Assembly (NCBI RefSeq): GCF_055900595.2
Contig: NZ_CM148325.1
Strand: one strand, 5' to 3'
DNA: 64,000 nucleotides
Shown here in pieces: positions 10,700 through 22,559 of this stretch (position 1 is the first letter of the stretch; each line of letters opens with the position of its first letter). A program made the translations under genes and the position numbers. The notes beneath the pieces were generated by a model. That model was not told where the DNA came from and searched no databases. It was given only the letters and a program-made list of their open reading frames with translations.

Positions 10700-10805
10700 C
10701 ATATGGTCTCGCCTGACTGAAAGTGTTCAGTTCGTACGTGCCACGTTTTGCAACGAGTATGTTGACACGTACATTTCCGGAATCTGGAAATCGGCTACTC
10801 CCCAA
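10700..10805 (-). promoter_or_regulatory. yybP-ykoY family Mn(II) riboswitch aptamer in mntP 5' leader
   Basis: Minus-strand leader carries conserved GGGGAGUAGCC ... GUCAACAUAC ... CAGGCGAGACC blocks typical of the yybP-ykoY motif, upstream of mntP. Confidence 0.7.
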
Positions 10806-11012
10806 ATGAGGGCGCAACATTAACATATTTTTAGAATATAAAACAACTGTTGGGATATATTATTTCAGCAGTTAATTGATAACGATTTTCATTTAGATTT
10901 ATATATCAATGAAACGTTAAAATAAATAACAAATAAGGGATGGGATAATATAGCCTAAGCTATGTCTGATTATTTAAAATACAGCAAACATAGCTTTGGC
11001 TAAATTCATAAC

Positions 11013-11471
11013 TTATTGAGTGGAAACAAGAAGTTTATAAATTTTCTCCAGGTCGTCGATATTTCGAACGCGGATTAACAGCCGGCGCTGTTCTAATTGC
11101 ATCACTAACACGCCATCTTCAGACAAGTTCATCGCTTTAATTCGACTATATTCAATCCAGACATTGGCGAAGAAAAAACCTTTTTGTTTAAAGATGATCT
11201 TCGGAACGCGGATCCAGAAAATATAAAACCCCATTAGAGCCAGTGCACTTAATAACCATGTCGTTATTTGCGCGCCATGATTCGTGACGTTGTTATAGAT
11301 AAGAATGACAATCAGTCCTACGAAGATAACGCTGTCGATGCGGCCACGTCGGAGCAAAGGAATTGCCAGCAGGGTGGGGCCGTTGCGGCGGGGCATGATG
11401 AACTGATCGTAGATCGCGAAGGTCAGGAGTGCGGCGATAAAAAGAATCAGTACCAGGTCCGTGATTGTCAT
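11013..11471 (-). CDS. yobD: UPF0266 membrane protein YobD
   Basis: 152-aa [27 protein letters not shown]..., multi-TM. Confidence 0.85.
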   Translation of the reverse strand: MTITDLVLILFIAALLTFAIYDQFIMPRRNGPTLLAIPLLRRGRIDSVIFVGLIVILIYNNVTNHGAQITTWLLSALALMGFYIFWIRVPKIIFKQKGFFFANVWIEYSRIKAMNLSEDGVLVMQLEQRRLLIRVRNIDDLEKIYKLLVSTQ

Positions 11472-11525
11472 TAATCCTCCAGATAAAAAAACGGGGCCAA
11501 AAGGCCCCGGTAGTGTACAACAGTC

Positions 11526-12386
11526 TTACAGTCCCAGCAGGCCGCAAGCATAACCCGCGATACCGATGACGAAGAAGCCAACGATGATCCACAGCGGATT
11601 AACTTTTTTGCGCAGCAGCCACATACAAGCAAAGGTCAGCAGTAGCGGTACCAGGCCCGGCATTAACTGGTCAAGAATAGTCTGGACAGTGGTAACGTGT
11701 TCTTTGCCCGTCTGGTCAGTAATGCGAGAGACAACCAGCGGGATGTTGACATGTGTCCACTTGTTAACCAATGCCCCCATGACAAACAGGCCGAGAATAG
11801 ACGCCCCTTCCGTCAGTTTTTGCAGGAAGCCGCCACCCATATCTTTAACGATATCGATACCTTTGGAGTAACCATACGCTACGCCGTAGTAACGGGTTGC
11901 CAGACGCACCAGGTTAAACAGGATGAAGAACAGAAGCGGACCTAACAGGCTGCCGCTCATCGCGATACCGGCACCCAGCGCTGCAAATACCGGACGTACG
12001 GTTCCCCAGAAGATCGGGTCGCCCACACCAGCCAGCGGGCCCATCAAACCAACTTTGATACCGTTGATAGCACCGTCATCGATCTCTGCGCCATTAGCAC
12101 GCTGTTCTTCCAGCGCCAGGGTTACGCCGAGAATCGGCGCAGCCACGAACGGCTGGGTGTTAAAGAACTCCAGGTGACGGCGAATAGCTTGTTTACGAGC
12201 TTCGTTGTTCTCAGGGTAGAGGCGACGAATTGCCGGTACCATAGAGAAGCAGAAACCCAGTGCCTGCATACGTTCGAAGTTCCATGAACCCTGGAAGAGG
12301 TTAGAACGCAGGAAGACGCCACGAATATCACTTTGAGTGAGTTTTTTCTCGGTGGTAGTTTGAGTTGTATCAACCATTTCGCTCAC
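11526..12386 (-). CDS. manZ: mannose PTS EIID component ManZ
   Basis: ORF translation ...VDTTQTTTEKKLTQSDIRGVFLRSNLFQGSWNFERMQALGF...; true start may be the Met 3 codons in (12377). Confidence 0.92.
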   Translation of the reverse strand: MSEMVDTTQTTTEKKLTQSDIRGVFLRSNLFQGSWNFERMQALGFCFSMVPAIRRLYPENNEARKQAIRRHLEFFNTQPFVAAPILGVTLALEEQRANGAEIDDGAINGIKVGLMGPLAGVGDPIFWGTVRPVFAALGAGIAMSGSLLGPLLFFILFNLVRLATRYYGVAYGYSKGIDIVKDMGGGFLQKLTEGASILGLFVMGALVNKWTHVNIPLVVSRITDQTGKEHVTTVQTILDQLMPGLVPLLLTFACMWLLRKKVNPLWIIVGFFVIGIAGYACGLLGL

Positions 12387-12389
12387 CTG

Positions 12390-13190
12390 TTAGTCCAGTT
12401 CGTTATCGAGATCGTTGTTACCAGCGGCCTGAGCAGGCGCACCGGCTACGCGGTTGTATTTCGGGCTAAGTTGGATGTAGAGCACTGCCATAACAGTACC
12501 AATCACACCCAGAGCAACCAGGTTAAAGTTGGTGAATGCTGCGGTTACGAAGCCGAGGTAGAAGAACGGCATCAGGTAGCCAGCACGCATCATGTTGATA
12601 ACCATCGCATAACCAACCACCACGATCATGCCACCGGCGATATTCAGACCATTGGTCACCACTTCCGGAATCGCATTCAGCATGTTCTGGACTTCGCTGG
12701 TACCAACAGACAGCGCAACGATGACGGCCGGAATAGCCACACGCATTGCTTGCAGGAACAGAGAAGAAACGTGGATCCAGGAAATCGCTGTCAGGTTGCC
12801 GTTATCAGCAGCCTTATCCGCAGCGTGCTGGAAAGCAACGGTAATAGTACGAACGATGATGGTCAGTACCTGACCTGCAGCAGCCAGAGGGATTGCCAGT
12901 GCGATACCCGCACCAATGCTCTGATGACCTGCGATAACCAGAATGGTAGAAATGATAGAAGCCAGAGCGGCGTCAGGCGCAACGGCAGCACCGATGTTCA
13001 TCCAGCCCAGCGCGATCATTTCCAGCGTACCACCGATAATAATACCGGTTTTCATATCGCCAAGAACGATACCCACCAGGGTACACGCGATTAGCGGACG
13101 GTGAAACTGAAATTCATCGAGGATTGATCCCATACCTGCGATACAGGCTACGATAAATACCAGCACAATTTGAAGAGTGGTAATCTCCAT
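12390..13190 (-). CDS. manY: mannose PTS EIIC component ManY
   Basis: 266-aa ORF MEITTLQIVLVFIVACIAGMGSILDEFQFHRPLIACTLVG... Confidence 0.95.
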   Translation of the reverse strand: MEITTLQIVLVFIVACIAGMGSILDEFQFHRPLIACTLVGIVLGDMKTGIIIGGTLEMIALGWMNIGAAVAPDAALASIISTILVIAGHQSIGAGIALAIPLAAAGQVLTIIVRTITVAFQHAADKAADNGNLTAISWIHVSSLFLQAMRVAIPAVIVALSVGTSEVQNMLNAIPEVVTNGLNIAGGMIVVVGYAMVINMMRAGYLMPFFYLGFVTAAFTNFNLVALGVIGTVMAVLYIQLSPKYNRVAGAPAQAAGNNDLDNELD

Positions 13191-13252
13191 TGTACTTCTC
13201 CTGTTTACGTAAGACTTAAGTGTGAAAACTGAGTGATAATCAACACAATACG

Positions 13253-14224
13253 TTACTTATCGATTTTGCTGATCAGATCCATCATTTTCAGTTTCGGATC
13301 GGTGGAAACCTTACGGACTTCCAGCTCAATACCGCGCGCATTCAGTTTCTTGAACGCCTCGATATCTTTTTCATCAACCGAAACCGCGTTATTCACCTGG
13401 GTTTTACCCTGACGGAATGCCATACCACCAACGTTAACAGAGGTGATTTTCACGCCGCCTTCAACGAGACGCTCTACATCTGTAGGGTTGGTAAATAACA
13501 GCATTACGCGTTCGCCAGCATATTTCGGGTTGTTGTAGACGCGAATCATTTTGGCAACATCAACTACGTGTGCTGTTACGCCCGGAGGTGCAACCTGGGT
13601 GAGCAGTGTCTTACGAACGGTATCCGCAGCCACTTCATCACTAACAACAATAATACGGGAGACATTGGTTTCTTTGGTCCAACGGGTGGCGACCTGACCG
13701 TGAATCAGACGGTCGTCGATACGCGCAAGGCCAATAACCATGTAGTCGTTTGGTCCCATTGGTTTTGCCGGAGTTGGAGCCGCTTTTGGTGCTGCGGCAA
13801 CGGGTGCTGGCGCGGCTTTTTCAACCGGTTTGGCTTTCAGTGCTTTCACGCCTTCACGGCCTGTTTCTACTGCCAGCGCCACCAGTTCATCAAAGCTTGG
13901 GTCATCATCACGGGCCATTAACGTTTCCACGAGCATTGGAATGTTAACGCCTGCAATGACTTCATAATGCTCTTTGTCGACGACAATGCGGCTGGCAGCA
14001 TTGAACGGGCTGCCTCCCCATGTATCAACGAGAAACAGCACGCCTTTAGTGGTGTCGAGTTTTGCCAACTGAGCGTTGTACTTTTCAATCAGCGTTTCGG
14101 CATTTTCACCTGGAACGAAATCGATCCAGCCGACGTTTTCCTGCTCGCCTAACAGCATTTCTGCCGTTTTAAGCAACTGCTCTGCAGCCCAACCATGTGT
14201 GCCTATAACAATAGCAATGGTCAC
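13253..14224 (-). CDS. manX: mannose PTS EIIAB component ManX
   Basis: 323-aa ORF MTIAIVIGTHGWAAEQLLKTAEMLLGEQENVGWIDFVPGE..., Ala/Pro-rich interdomain linker. Confidence 0.95.
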   Translation of the reverse strand: MTIAIVIGTHGWAAEQLLKTAEMLLGEQENVGWIDFVPGENAETLIEKYNAQLAKLDTTKGVLFLVDTWGGSPFNAASRIVVDKEHYEVIAGVNIPMLVETLMARDDDPSFDELVALAVETGREGVKALKAKPVEKAAPAPVAAAPKAAPTPAKPMGPNDYMVIGLARIDDRLIHGQVATRWTKETNVSRIIVVSDEVAADTVRKTLLTQVAPPGVTAHVVDVAKMIRVYNNPKYAGERVMLLFTNPTDVERLVEGGVKITSVNVGGMAFRQGKTQVNNAVSVDEKDIEAFKKLNARGIELEVRKVSTDPKLKMMDLISKIDK

Positions 14225-14329
14225 TTGCTACCTCCTTTATTATCGTTAACACCTCAACGTGCCAGATGTATTTTTGAATCGTCGTCCACAATCGAATCGA
14301 TTCAGATAAGGGCTACAACCAAAAACCCC

Positions 14330-14350
14330 TGCGTTTCGCGATTTATTTTA
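14330..14350 (-). promoter_or_regulatory. candidate Mlc/NagC-type operator in manX promoter region
   Basis: AT-rich element centred on TTTCGCGATTTATTTT about 110 bp upstream of manX start; manXYZ is a known Mlc target; exact site not verified. Confidence 0.3.
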
Positions 14351-14686
14351 GATATCGAAAAAATTATTTTATGTGATGAAGATCCGTAATTTAACTTTCG
14401 ATTAGCAGAAATTTCGAAAGGTAAAATATCCTTGTCACATTCGTTTGCAAAGGAAGGTAAATCTTTGCCAAATCAGATGTGTCTCTGATATGTTTAACTC
14501 CCGTTTAACAACCATGGAGTATAGGGCAGTAGCCCGCAGTATGGATCGTCACCGACGTCATTTCAGCATCAGGCCTTTTAACGCCTGCTTTTCTGGCACT
14601 TTATGCCGCACCTTTCGTTTGCCTTTTGTCGTTACGCCTGCATTATTTCTGGCGCCGAATAGCTATTCCTTAAGCAGGAGCTTGTC

Positions 14687-16243
14687 ATGGAATTCTTAAT
14701 GGACCCCTCAATTTGGGCGGGGCTACTCACGCTTGTTGTTCTCGAAATTGTGCTGGGTATCGATAACCTGGTCTTCATCGCCATTCTTGCTGACAAACTG
14801 CCGCCAAAACAACGCGATAAAGCGCGTTTGCTGGGATTATCACTGGCGCTGATTATGCGTCTGGGGCTGCTGTCGCTGATTTCATGGATGGTCACGCTGA
14901 CCAAACCGCTATTTACCGTCATGGATTTCTCCTTCTCCGGACGCGACCTGATTATGTTGTTCGGGGGGATATTCTTGCTGTTCAAAGCAACAACCGAACT
15001 GCATGAACGGCTGGAAAACCGCGATCATGATTCCGGCCACGGTAAAGGCTACGCCAGTTTCTGGGTGGTCGTCACACAGATCGTCATCCTTGACGCCGTC
15101 TTCTCGTTGGATGCGGTAATTACGGCAGTAGGGATGGTTAACCATCTACCGGTGATGATGGCGGCGGTGGTGATTGCGATGGCGGTCATGTTGCTGGCAT
15201 CGAAACCGCTGACGCGATTTGTTAATCAGCATCCAACGGTGGTGGTGCTCTGTCTGAGCTTCCTGTTAATGATTGGTCTGAGTCTGGTGGCAGAAGGTTT
15301 CGGTTTCCACATTCCGAAAGGTTACCTGTATGCCGCGATTGGCTTCTCGATCATCATCGAAGTGTTTAACCAGATTGCGCGTCGCAACTTTATTCGTCAC
15401 CAGTCGACTTTGCCGCTGCGTGCGCGTACTGCCGATGCCATCCTGCGTTTGATGGGGGGGAAACGTCAGGCCAATGTTCAGCACGATGCCGATAACCCGA
15501 TGCCTATCCCGGTACCGGAAGGTGCGTTTGCCGAAGAAGAACGTTACATGATTAACGGTGTATTGACGCTGGCGTCGCGTTCTCTGCGCGGGATCATGAC
15601 GCCGCGCGGTGAAATAAGCTGGGTTGACGCTAATCTCGGGGTCGATGAAATCCGTGAGCAGCTGCTCTCCTCACCGCACAGTCTGTTCCCGGTATGTCGC
15701 GGTGAACTGGATGAAATCATCGGTATCGTACGTGCTAAAGAACTGCTGGTGGCGCTCGAAGAAGGTGTTGATGTGGCGGCGATTGCTTCGGCGTCTCCGG
15801 CGATTATCGTCCCTGAAACCCTTGACCCGATCAACCTACTGGGCGTGCTGCGTCGTGCTCGCGGGAGCTTCGTTATCGTGACCAACGAGTTTGGTGTGGT
15901 ACAAGGCCTGGTCACGCCGCTGGATGTGCTGGAAGCCATTGCGGGTGAATTCCCGGACGCTGACGAAACGCCGGAAATCATTACCGATGGTGACGGCTGG
16001 CTGGTAAAAGGCGGTACAGATTTGCATGCCTTGCAGCAGGCGCTTGATGTTGAGCACCTTGCCGATGACGATGATATCGCGACGGTCGCGGGCCTCGTGA
16101 TCTCGGCAAATGGTCACATTCCCCGTGTGGGCGATGTGATTGATGTAGGGCCACTGCATATCACCATCATTGAAGCCAATGATTATCGTGTTGATCTGGT
16201 TCGCATTGTTAAAGAGCAACCGGCGCACGATGAAGATGAGTAA
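14687..16243 (+). CDS. yoaE: TerC-family membrane protein with CBS pair and CorC domains (YoaE)
   Basis: 518-aa [37 protein letters not shown]... Confidence 0.9.
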   Translation: MEFLMDPSIWAGLLTLVVLEIVLGIDNLVFIAILADKLPPKQRDKARLLGLSLALIMRLGLLSLISWMVTLTKPLFTVMDFSFSGRDLIMLFGGIFLLFKATTELHERLENRDHDSGHGKGYASFWVVVTQIVILDAVFSLDAVITAVGMVNHLPVMMAAVVIAMAVMLLASKPLTRFVNQHPTVVVLCLSFLLMIGLSLVAEGFGFHIPKGYLYAAIGFSIIIEVFNQIARRNFIRHQSTLPLRARTADAILRLMGGKRQANVQHDADNPMPIPVPEGAFAEEERYMINGVLTLASRSLRGIMTPRGEISWVDANLGVDEIREQLLSSPHSLFPVCRGELDEIIGIVRAKELLVALEEGVDVAAIASASPAIIVPETLDPINLLGVLRRARGSFVIVTNEFGVVQGLVTPLDVLEAIAGEFPDADETPEIITDGDGWLVKGGTDLHALQQALDVEHLADDDDIATVAGLVISANGHIPRVGDVIDVGPLHITIIEANDYRVDLVRIVKEQPAHDEDE

Positions 16244-16246
16244 GCG

Positions 16247-17845
16247 TTAACGTAACGGCATAACGGGCGTGATATGTCCATTATGCCGGGCGGGCGGCGG
16301 TTGGCTGCCCGCCAGCCATTTGGGAAAATCACGTAGCGGCATCGGCTGTGCGTACAAATACCCTTGCAAAATATGCACGCCATGACGGCGCAAATACTTC
16401 GCCTGTTCTTGTGTTTCCACACCCTCCGCCACCAGTTCAATATTCAGTCTTTGCCCCAGTGCGATGATGATATCGGTCACCGTCGAGTTAACCGCGTCAG
16501 AACCTATAGCTGCGGTAAATGACTTATCAATTTTCAGCACGTCAGGACGTAATGTTTCAAGCCAGGAAAATGAACTGTTGCCGGTGCCGAAGTCATCAAT
16601 CGCCAGTTTGACGTTTTTACGATGCAGCTCGCGGGCAATCCGATAATCAACATCCAGTAAGGCATCGCGTTCGGTGATTTCGAGGATCAGTTGCTGAATC
16701 GGGTGAGCGCTAAACCAGTACTGATTGAGATCTTTTATCAGCACACCACGGCGAAAATGGCTGGGTGCGACGTTAATGCCAACATGAAACTGACTACTCA
16801 TTGGGAAAACATGCCGCTGACGGATGGTTTCTGCCATCACATAGCGGGTCAGTGGCACAATTAAATGATGTTCTTCCGCGATAGGAATAAACACATCCGG
16901 TGAAATCCAGCCCTGACGTGGATTGTTCCAGCGCAGCAAAATCTCTACACCAATACATTGCTGGCTGCGCGCATTAAGCAAAGGCTGGCAGAACAATTCG
17001 AACTCATGTTGCGCCAGGCCCAGATTGATTTCACGGGAAAAACTCATCCGGTAAGCGGTCGCCAGCCAGGCGATATAGCCCACAAGTAAACTTAGCAGCA
17101 CCGCCAGCGGTAATTGTGTTGGAAGATAGTGCCATGCCAGCGCCGTAGCCCCCGGACCATTAACGTTAATGGTAAAAGGAAAGCGTTGCGAAGAAACATG
17201 ATAGTTTTCATTGTCTTCAGGTTGCGGAAGGGAATCTACCAGCCCATTACCATAGAGCAAATGCCGATCGTCCACCGTCAGGCTGGCGCTACTGATTTGC
17301 GGCAGTTGTGGCTCAAGCAGCATTGCCGCCAGTAAGTCGATGTTGATCATCTCCATGACCCCAGCATTGCTACTGCCCGCTGCAGGCGTCCATTGAATCA
17401 AAACCGGACTGCCTTTAATCAGGGCATGGTCGGTCGTCAGTCGTAAAAGTGGTTGCGGTGCAGGAAGTTCAGCCAGAATGTCCACGACGGGCACATTGCG
17501 ATAACCAAAAATGCTGGAGCAATAAAGTGTGCCGTCTTGCACCAGGCCAATGGATCGCACAGTTTGGAGTTTTGCCGCCTGTTTACGTAATGGCAAATGG
17601 GCGACAGAGCAGGGCAGACCAATTAGCGGAAGTAAGACTTCACTACCTGCCTGTAGGGGAAGCAGTACTTTATCTAATTCCTCTACAGCGTGATTGGCGA
17701 ATTGTACTACCCGTTGTTGATTTAAGTTACGCTGTGAAATAAATCGCACGCTCAGGGTCGAAGCGAGCGTAACGAGTGCGCAAATCGTACAAACAATCAT
17801 TCGATTACGGCGATAGGTTTTAATGATCCGTTGTGCTTTTTGCAT
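16247..17845 (-). CDS. pdeD: c-di-GMP phosphodiesterase PdeD (YoaD), CSS sensor plus EAL domain
   Basis: Track ORF 16247..17875 trimmed to ATG at 17845 (MQKAQRIIKTYRRNRMIV...); EAL signature ELVAEGVE present. Confidence 0.85.
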   Translation of the reverse strand: MQKAQRIIKTYRRNRMIVCTICALVTLASTLSVRFISQRNLNQQRVVQFANHAVEELDKVLLPLQAGSEVLLPLIGLPCSVAHLPLRKQAAKLQTVRSIGLVQDGTLYCSSIFGYRNVPVVDILAELPAPQPLLRLTTDHALIKGSPVLIQWTPAAGSSNAGVMEMINIDLLAAMLLEPQLPQISSASLTVDDRHLLYGNGLVDSLPQPEDNENYHVSSQRFPFTINVNGPGATALAWHYLPTQLPLAVLLSLLVGYIAWLATAYRMSFSREINLGLAQHEFELFCQPLLNARSQQCIGVEILLRWNNPRQGWISPDVFIPIAEEHHLIVPLTRYVMAETIRQRHVFPMSSQFHVGINVAPSHFRRGVLIKDLNQYWFSAHPIQQLILEITERDALLDVDYRIARELHRKNVKLAIDDFGTGNSSFSWLETLRPDVLKIDKSFTAAIGSDAVNSTVTDIIIALGQRLNIELVAEGVETQEQAKYLRRHGVHILQGYLYAQPMPLRDFPKWLAGSQPPPARHNGHITPVMPLR

Positions 17846-17975
17846 GCGGGCCACCCTGTAAGCGTATGGCGACAAACGCCTGACGCAACAGTGGAAGTGT
17901 AGTGGGGAAAATTACAGCAGACGAGAAAGCAGGGATAAATTCGCCCATCCGTTGCAGATGGGCGAGGATAAAGTA

Positions 17976-19340
17976 TTAGTCACACTGGACTTTAATTGCC
18001 AGACCACCACGAGACGTTTCGCGGTACTTGGCGTTCATGTCTTTACCGGTTTCGTACATCGTTTCGATGACTTTATCCAGCGAGACGCGCGGCGCACTGG
18101 TGCGACGCAGGGCCATCCGCGCGGCGTTAATCGCCTTGACTGACGCAATGGCGTTACGTTCAATGCACGGCACCTGAACTTGCCCTGCAACAGGGTCACA
18201 GGTCAGACCGAGGTTGTGCTCCATGCCAATTTCCGCTGCCACACAAACCTGTTCCGGGCTACCGCCCAACAGCTCGGCAAGGCCCGCAGCAGCCATTGAA
18301 CAGGCAACACCCACTTCGCCCTGGCAACCGACTTCCGCACCGGAAATAGAGGCGTTCATTTTATACAGTGCACCAATCGCGCCCGCAGCCATAAAGTAAC
18401 GGGTATAGATGTCCGGGCTAACCGATTCAATAAAGTGGTCATAATAAGCCAGCACTGCCGGAACAATGCCACAAGCACCGTTGGTTGGCGCTGTTACCAC
18501 ACGACCACCGGCGGCGTTTTCTTCGTTAACTGCCAGCGCAAACATGTTTACCCAGTCAATGACATTCATCGGATCGTTAGACAGTTTATCGCTGGAAACC
18601 AGCATCCGGCGCAGGGCCGACGCACGACGCGGCACGCGCAGCGGGCCTGGCAGTACGCCTTCGGTGTTCATCCCGCGATCGATACATGCCTGCATGGTTT
18701 GCCAGACATGCGCGAAATACTCGTCGATCTCTTTCTTGCTGTGCAGCGCCAGTTCGTTCTGCATAGCGAGACCAGACAGCGAATAGCCGGTTTCATTACA
18801 GTACGCGAGCAGTTCGGTGGCAGATTTGAACGGATACGGCACGCTCACTTCGTTGGCGGCATCCTGACCAAAGTGTTCTTCATCGACGATAAAACCGCCG
18901 CCGATGGAATAATAAGTTTTGCTGTAGACGACTTCATCGCCGTTATAGGCGTGGATTTGCATACCGTTTTCATGCAGCGGCAGGTTGCCGTTATGAAAAC
19001 GCATCCCGTTGTCGCGCGGGAAATCCACTTCATGCCGTCCCTGTGCCAGCAGCAGACGTTCGCGCTCTTCTACGTCGCGAATAAAACCGGGAATACTGTC
19101 GATATCCACGGTGGCAGGTTCGTTACCTGCAAGACCCATAATAATGGCGATATCGGTGTGGTGGCCTTTACCCGTCAGCGACAGTGAACCATAAACGTCC
19201 ACGGCAACGCGAGTAACGCTATCCAGTAAGCCTTTTTCGACCAGATCATCGACGAACTGTTTACCCGCCTTCATAGGCCCTACGGTATGGGAAGATGAGG
19301 GACCAATCCCCACCTTAAACATGTCGAATAGACTAATCAC
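17976..19340 (-). CDS. sdaA: L-serine dehydratase 1 (SdaA)
   Basis: 454-aa [32 protein letters not shown]... Confidence 0.95.
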   Translation of the reverse strand: MISLFDMFKVGIGPSSSHTVGPMKAGKQFVDDLVEKGLLDSVTRVAVDVYGSLSLTGKGHHTDIAIIMGLAGNEPATVDIDSIPGFIRDVEERERLLLAQGRHEVDFPRDNGMRFHNGNLPLHENGMQIHAYNGDEVVYSKTYYSIGGGFIVDEEHFGQDAANEVSVPYPFKSATELLAYCNETGYSLSGLAMQNELALHSKKEIDEYFAHVWQTMQACIDRGMNTEGVLPGPLRVPRRASALRRMLVSSDKLSNDPMNVIDWVNMFALAVNEENAAGGRVVTAPTNGACGIVPAVLAYYDHFIESVSPDIYTRYFMAAGAIGALYKMNASISGAEVGCQGEVGVACSMAAAGLAELLGGSPEQVCVAAEIGMEHNLGLTCDPVAGQVQVPCIERNAIASVKAINAARMALRRTSAPRVSLDKVIETMYETGKDMNAKYRETSRGGLAIKVQCD

Positions 19341-19523
19341 GATAATACTCCTGACAAGGTGACTGGACTTCCAGTAACGAACGAATAACAGCGCATAGTG
19401 TAAGAGGGAACGCGGCGACTGGCTTAACTATTCACATGAATTAAACTAATCAAAAACCGCGATTTAACTAATATTGCGATGATTGTCTCAAGTAGTGTTT
19501 TGTAGATGTAAAGATAAGTATAG

Positions 19524-20102
19524 TCAGGGTTTCACACCAATTTGCAGCGCCAGCTCACGAATTATGCCTGCGGTCATTCCCCATACAAAATACTGTTCAT
19601 ACCAGGACAGCCATACCCGATGAGAATCGCCACGGCGGTAGATATCTAAAGGGTGATAACGACCCAGATGTAATGCCTGGGCGAGCGGCATTTCAAACAC
19701 AGCGGAGACTTCATCTTCACTGGCGCGATACGGTAGATCGGGCGGGATAATGCCGACCACCGGGGTTACCTGGTAGCCAGTTACGCTATCGACGGGCGGC
19801 AGCACGCCGATAACTTCAACGGCGGAAGGCGGTATAGCGACCTCTTCTTCAGCTTCGCGCAGCGCGGCGGCGATAACGGATGTGTCCGTGTCATCGACTG
19901 CACCTCCAGGGAATGCCACTTGTCCGGCGTGTTTACGCAGATGAATCGAACGCTGAGTCAGCAACAACCCCGGTTGCGGTCGACGGACGATGGGGATTAA
20001 CACGGCAGCCTGACGATGATTTAGGGTTTCCCGGTTAATTTGCGGGCGCAAAAGTTGAAAACGCGATAAAAAATCATCAAGCGTCAGGCTACGGTATTCC
20101 AC
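19524..20102 (-). CDS. nudL: Nudix CoA pyrophosphatase NudL
   Basis: 192-aa ORF; Nudix box region [27 protein letters not shown]. Confidence 0.9.
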   Translation of the reverse strand: MEYRSLTLDDFLSRFQLLRPQINRETLNHRQAAVLIPIVRRPQPGLLLTQRSIHLRKHAGQVAFPGGAVDDTDTSVIAAALREAEEEVAIPPSAVEVIGVLPPVDSVTGYQVTPVVGIIPPDLPYRASEDEVSAVFEMPLAQALHLGRYHPLDIYRRGDSHRVWLSWYEQYFVWGMTAGIIRELALQIGVKP

Positions 20103-20104
20103 GT

Positions 20105-21466
20105 TTATTTCTCCAGTTGCTTCAGGATACGATTAACTTTATCAAAAGTTTCCTGATATTCCGCTTCTTCCTGGCTATCAGCGACAATTCCACCGCCCGC
20201 AGAGCAGTATATTTGTCCGTTAATGGCAGTCAGCGTGCGGATAGTAATGCTGGTATCCATGTTGCCGCAAAAGCTCAAATAGCCAATGCTGCCGCACCAG
20301 GCATTGCGTCGCTGCGGTTCCAGTTCGTCGATAATTTCCATAGCCCGTACTTTCGGTGCTCCAGTTATTGAGCCACCAGGAAAAGCTGCGCGCAGCAGAT
20401 CGCTGGTGTGTAACTGTTCTGGTAGTTGCGCCGTTATGGTGCTGACCAGATGATGCACGGCAGGGAAGGGTTCCACCACGAACAGCTCTGGTACTTTTAC
20501 CGAACCTGCTACGGCAACACGACCGATATCATTACGCATTAAATCGACAATCATCAGATTTTCGGCACGATCTTTCGCTGAGTTCGCCAGTTTTTCTGCT
20601 TGTTTGCTATCTTCCTGAGGATCGGGTAGGCGTGGTAGCGTGCCTTTAATCGGGCGGGTCTGGATTTCACTATTATCACAAAGAATAAACCGCTCTGGCG
20701 AAAGGCTTAAAATCGCGCCCTGTTCAAGACGTAAAAAAGCGCTAAATGGCGCGCGGTTGGCCTGATTAAGCTGAAGGAATGCCTGCCATTCATCGCCAGA
20801 ATAGGTCGCATGGAAACGCTGGGCGAGATTCACCTGATAGCAATCACCGCTGTGCAGATATTCCTGTACCTGGCGAAATTTTTCGCCGTACAGCTCGCGG
20901 GTCATATTGGATTGCCAGTCGGAAGTGAGCGTGAAATCTTCCTGCGGCGAGAATTGCTGGCTTTCCAGCCAGGCCCGACGGGCATTGACATCATTATGAC
21001 TCAGCAAAGAAACTGTTTGACGCTGGTGGTCGACAATGAGCGCCCAGTCGTAGATACCCACAGCCATATCCGGCAGAACGATATCTTGCTGCGCAATTTC
21101 TGGCAGTGACTCAAAACGGCGGCCCAGATCGTAGCCAAACAACCCCATCGCGCCGCCCTGAAATGGCAAATCTTCGTTATGCGCTGGGCGAATGTCTGCG
21201 CGATCCAGCACCTGCTGGAGCACCTGTAGCGGGTCATCAGTGGTCGTTGTGCGTTTTTCGCTTTCACTAACAACGGTTTCTTTACCGAAAGTGGTTAAAG
21301 TGCAAATCGGCTCGGCGACCACAATATCAAAGCGGCTATATGGATGATCGGCATAGCCGGAGTGTAAAAGCATCGCCCACGGCAGGTGACTTAAGCGGGA
21401 GAAATAAAATTCAGCGGCGTCCTGACGCCAGGGTAAAGTAATCACAGCGGGAGATAACGTCTTCAT
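20105..21466 (-). CDS. pabB: aminodeoxychorismate synthase component I (PabB)
   Basis: 453-aa [50 protein letters not shown]... Confidence 0.95.
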   Translation of the reverse strand: MKTLSPAVITLPWRQDAAEFYFSRLSHLPWAMLLHSGYADHPYSRFDIVVAEPICTLTTFGKETVVSESEKRTTTTDDPLQVLQQVLDRADIRPAHNEDLPFQGGAMGLFGYDLGRRFESLPEIAQQDIVLPDMAVGIYDWALIVDHQRQTVSLLSHNDVNARRAWLESQQFSPQEDFTLTSDWQSNMTRELYGEKFRQVQEYLHSGDCYQVNLAQRFHATYSGDEWQAFLQLNQANRAPFSAFLRLEQGAILSLSPERFILCDNSEIQTRPIKGTLPRLPDPQEDSKQAEKLANSAKDRAENLMIVDLMRNDIGRVAVAGSVKVPELFVVEPFPAVHHLVSTITAQLPEQLHTSDLLRAAFPGGSITGAPKVRAMEIIDELEPQRRNAWCGSIGYLSFCGNMDTSITIRTLTAINGQIYCSAGGGIVADSQEEAEYQETFDKVNRILKQLEK

Positions 21467-21539
21467 CAGTCCTGACTCTACTGGCTATGTGCCGGGTAGC
21501 ATGAAATAATTAGCGCCAACAATTTAGCAGGAGTTAACA

Positions 21540-21719
21540 ATGTTTGCAGGTTTACCTTCACTCACCCATGAACAGCAGCAAAAAGCCGTCGAGCGGATCC
21601 AGGAACTGATGGCACAAGGGATGAGCAGCGGCCAGGCAATCGCGTTGGTGGCAGAAGAGCTGCGTGCCAACCATTCCGGTGAGCGAATCGTGGCGCGTTT
21701 TGAGGATGAAGACGAGTAA
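21540..21719 (+). CDS. yoaH: UPF0181 small protein YoaH (59 aa)
   Basis: Translated by hand: [59 protein letters not shown]; absent from track (under 60 aa). Confidence 0.85.
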
Positions 21720-21777
21720 CACACTAATCCGTATCGCTTTCGTTATACAAGCCGATGGTTATTTGATTGTGAGAAAA

Positions 21778-21810
21778 AGGACGCTTTTCATATGTGATTA
21801 AAAGCGTCCT
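21778..21810. terminator. hairpin terminator between convergent yoaH and yoaC
   Basis: 11-bp perfect stem aggacgctttt / aaaagcgtcct; 5-A run upstream gives a U-run on the minus strand (yoaC side). Confidence 0.7.
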
Positions 21811-21838
21811 GACCCATTTATGCTGATGTAAATTTAAC

Positions 21839-22138
21839 TTAGACCAGTGCTTTTAGTTCTTCCTGCATATATGTTGAAAAGTATTCAGGATTTTTAATCA
21901 CAATGCGTTCACCAGACTCCATTTTTTTTGCCCATCCAACCATTTTTTCCGTGAACCCTGGGTTCCAGCCTTCCTGGTCAGCTCGCGCCGTAATATCAGC
22001 GGCACTCGCGGGTACTCCCAGTTCTTTCAAATATTTAAAGATTCCCTTCGCCGTGCTTTCATTCATCGAACTTGGTGTTGGCGCTGATACATCCATGGCA
22101 CCAATGAAATCCAGGGCTTTATCTATTACAGCAGGCAT
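21839..22138 (-). CDS. yoaC: DUF1889 protein YoaC
   Basis: Track ORF 21839..22198 trimmed to ATG at 22138 (MPAVIDKALDFIGAMDVSAPT...); 99 aa. Confidence 0.8.
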   Translation of the reverse strand: MPAVIDKALDFIGAMDVSAPTPSSMNESTAKGIFKYLKELGVPASAADITARADQEGWNPGFTEKMVGWAKKMESGERIVIKNPEYFSTYMQEELKALV

Positions 22139-22559
22139 ATTCTTATCCTTAAAATTAACCATGTTATCGATAAGGCTATATATGACCTTAATTTGCATCT
22201 AATATCAAAGGGATTATAACGATATGGCACGAGTTAACCTGTTGACATTCAGGTGTTTTAAAGGTAGCAGCTCATGGTGTGTTATCCAGTAAGAGGGAGA
22301 AAATTAACGGTCAGTTCTCACGCTATAACCAGATTGTTCAGCTAAGAAAGAAAACAAGAGATGCTAATCGAAGGGCGAACACAACGGCATTGTTATGTTT
22401 ATTTATATAGTTAGTTTTATAGCTAAAATTGAAATTATAAAAATAAATAATGAATTAGCAGGAGCATCAACAGTAATATCTTAATCTCTGGTCGATTTAT
22501 GTAAAACCGACCAGTATTATCGATAAATTATCGTCTGACTTATTTTGCTTCGATAAAGC

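Noticed and set aside
12333-13094. 253-aa plus-strand ORF
   Set aside because: Antisense to manY and manZ; low-complexity His/Asn/Arg-rich translation typical of the reverse frame of a membrane-protein gene.
18435-19187. 250-aa plus-strand ORF
   Set aside because: Entirely antisense to sdaA; no recognisable product.
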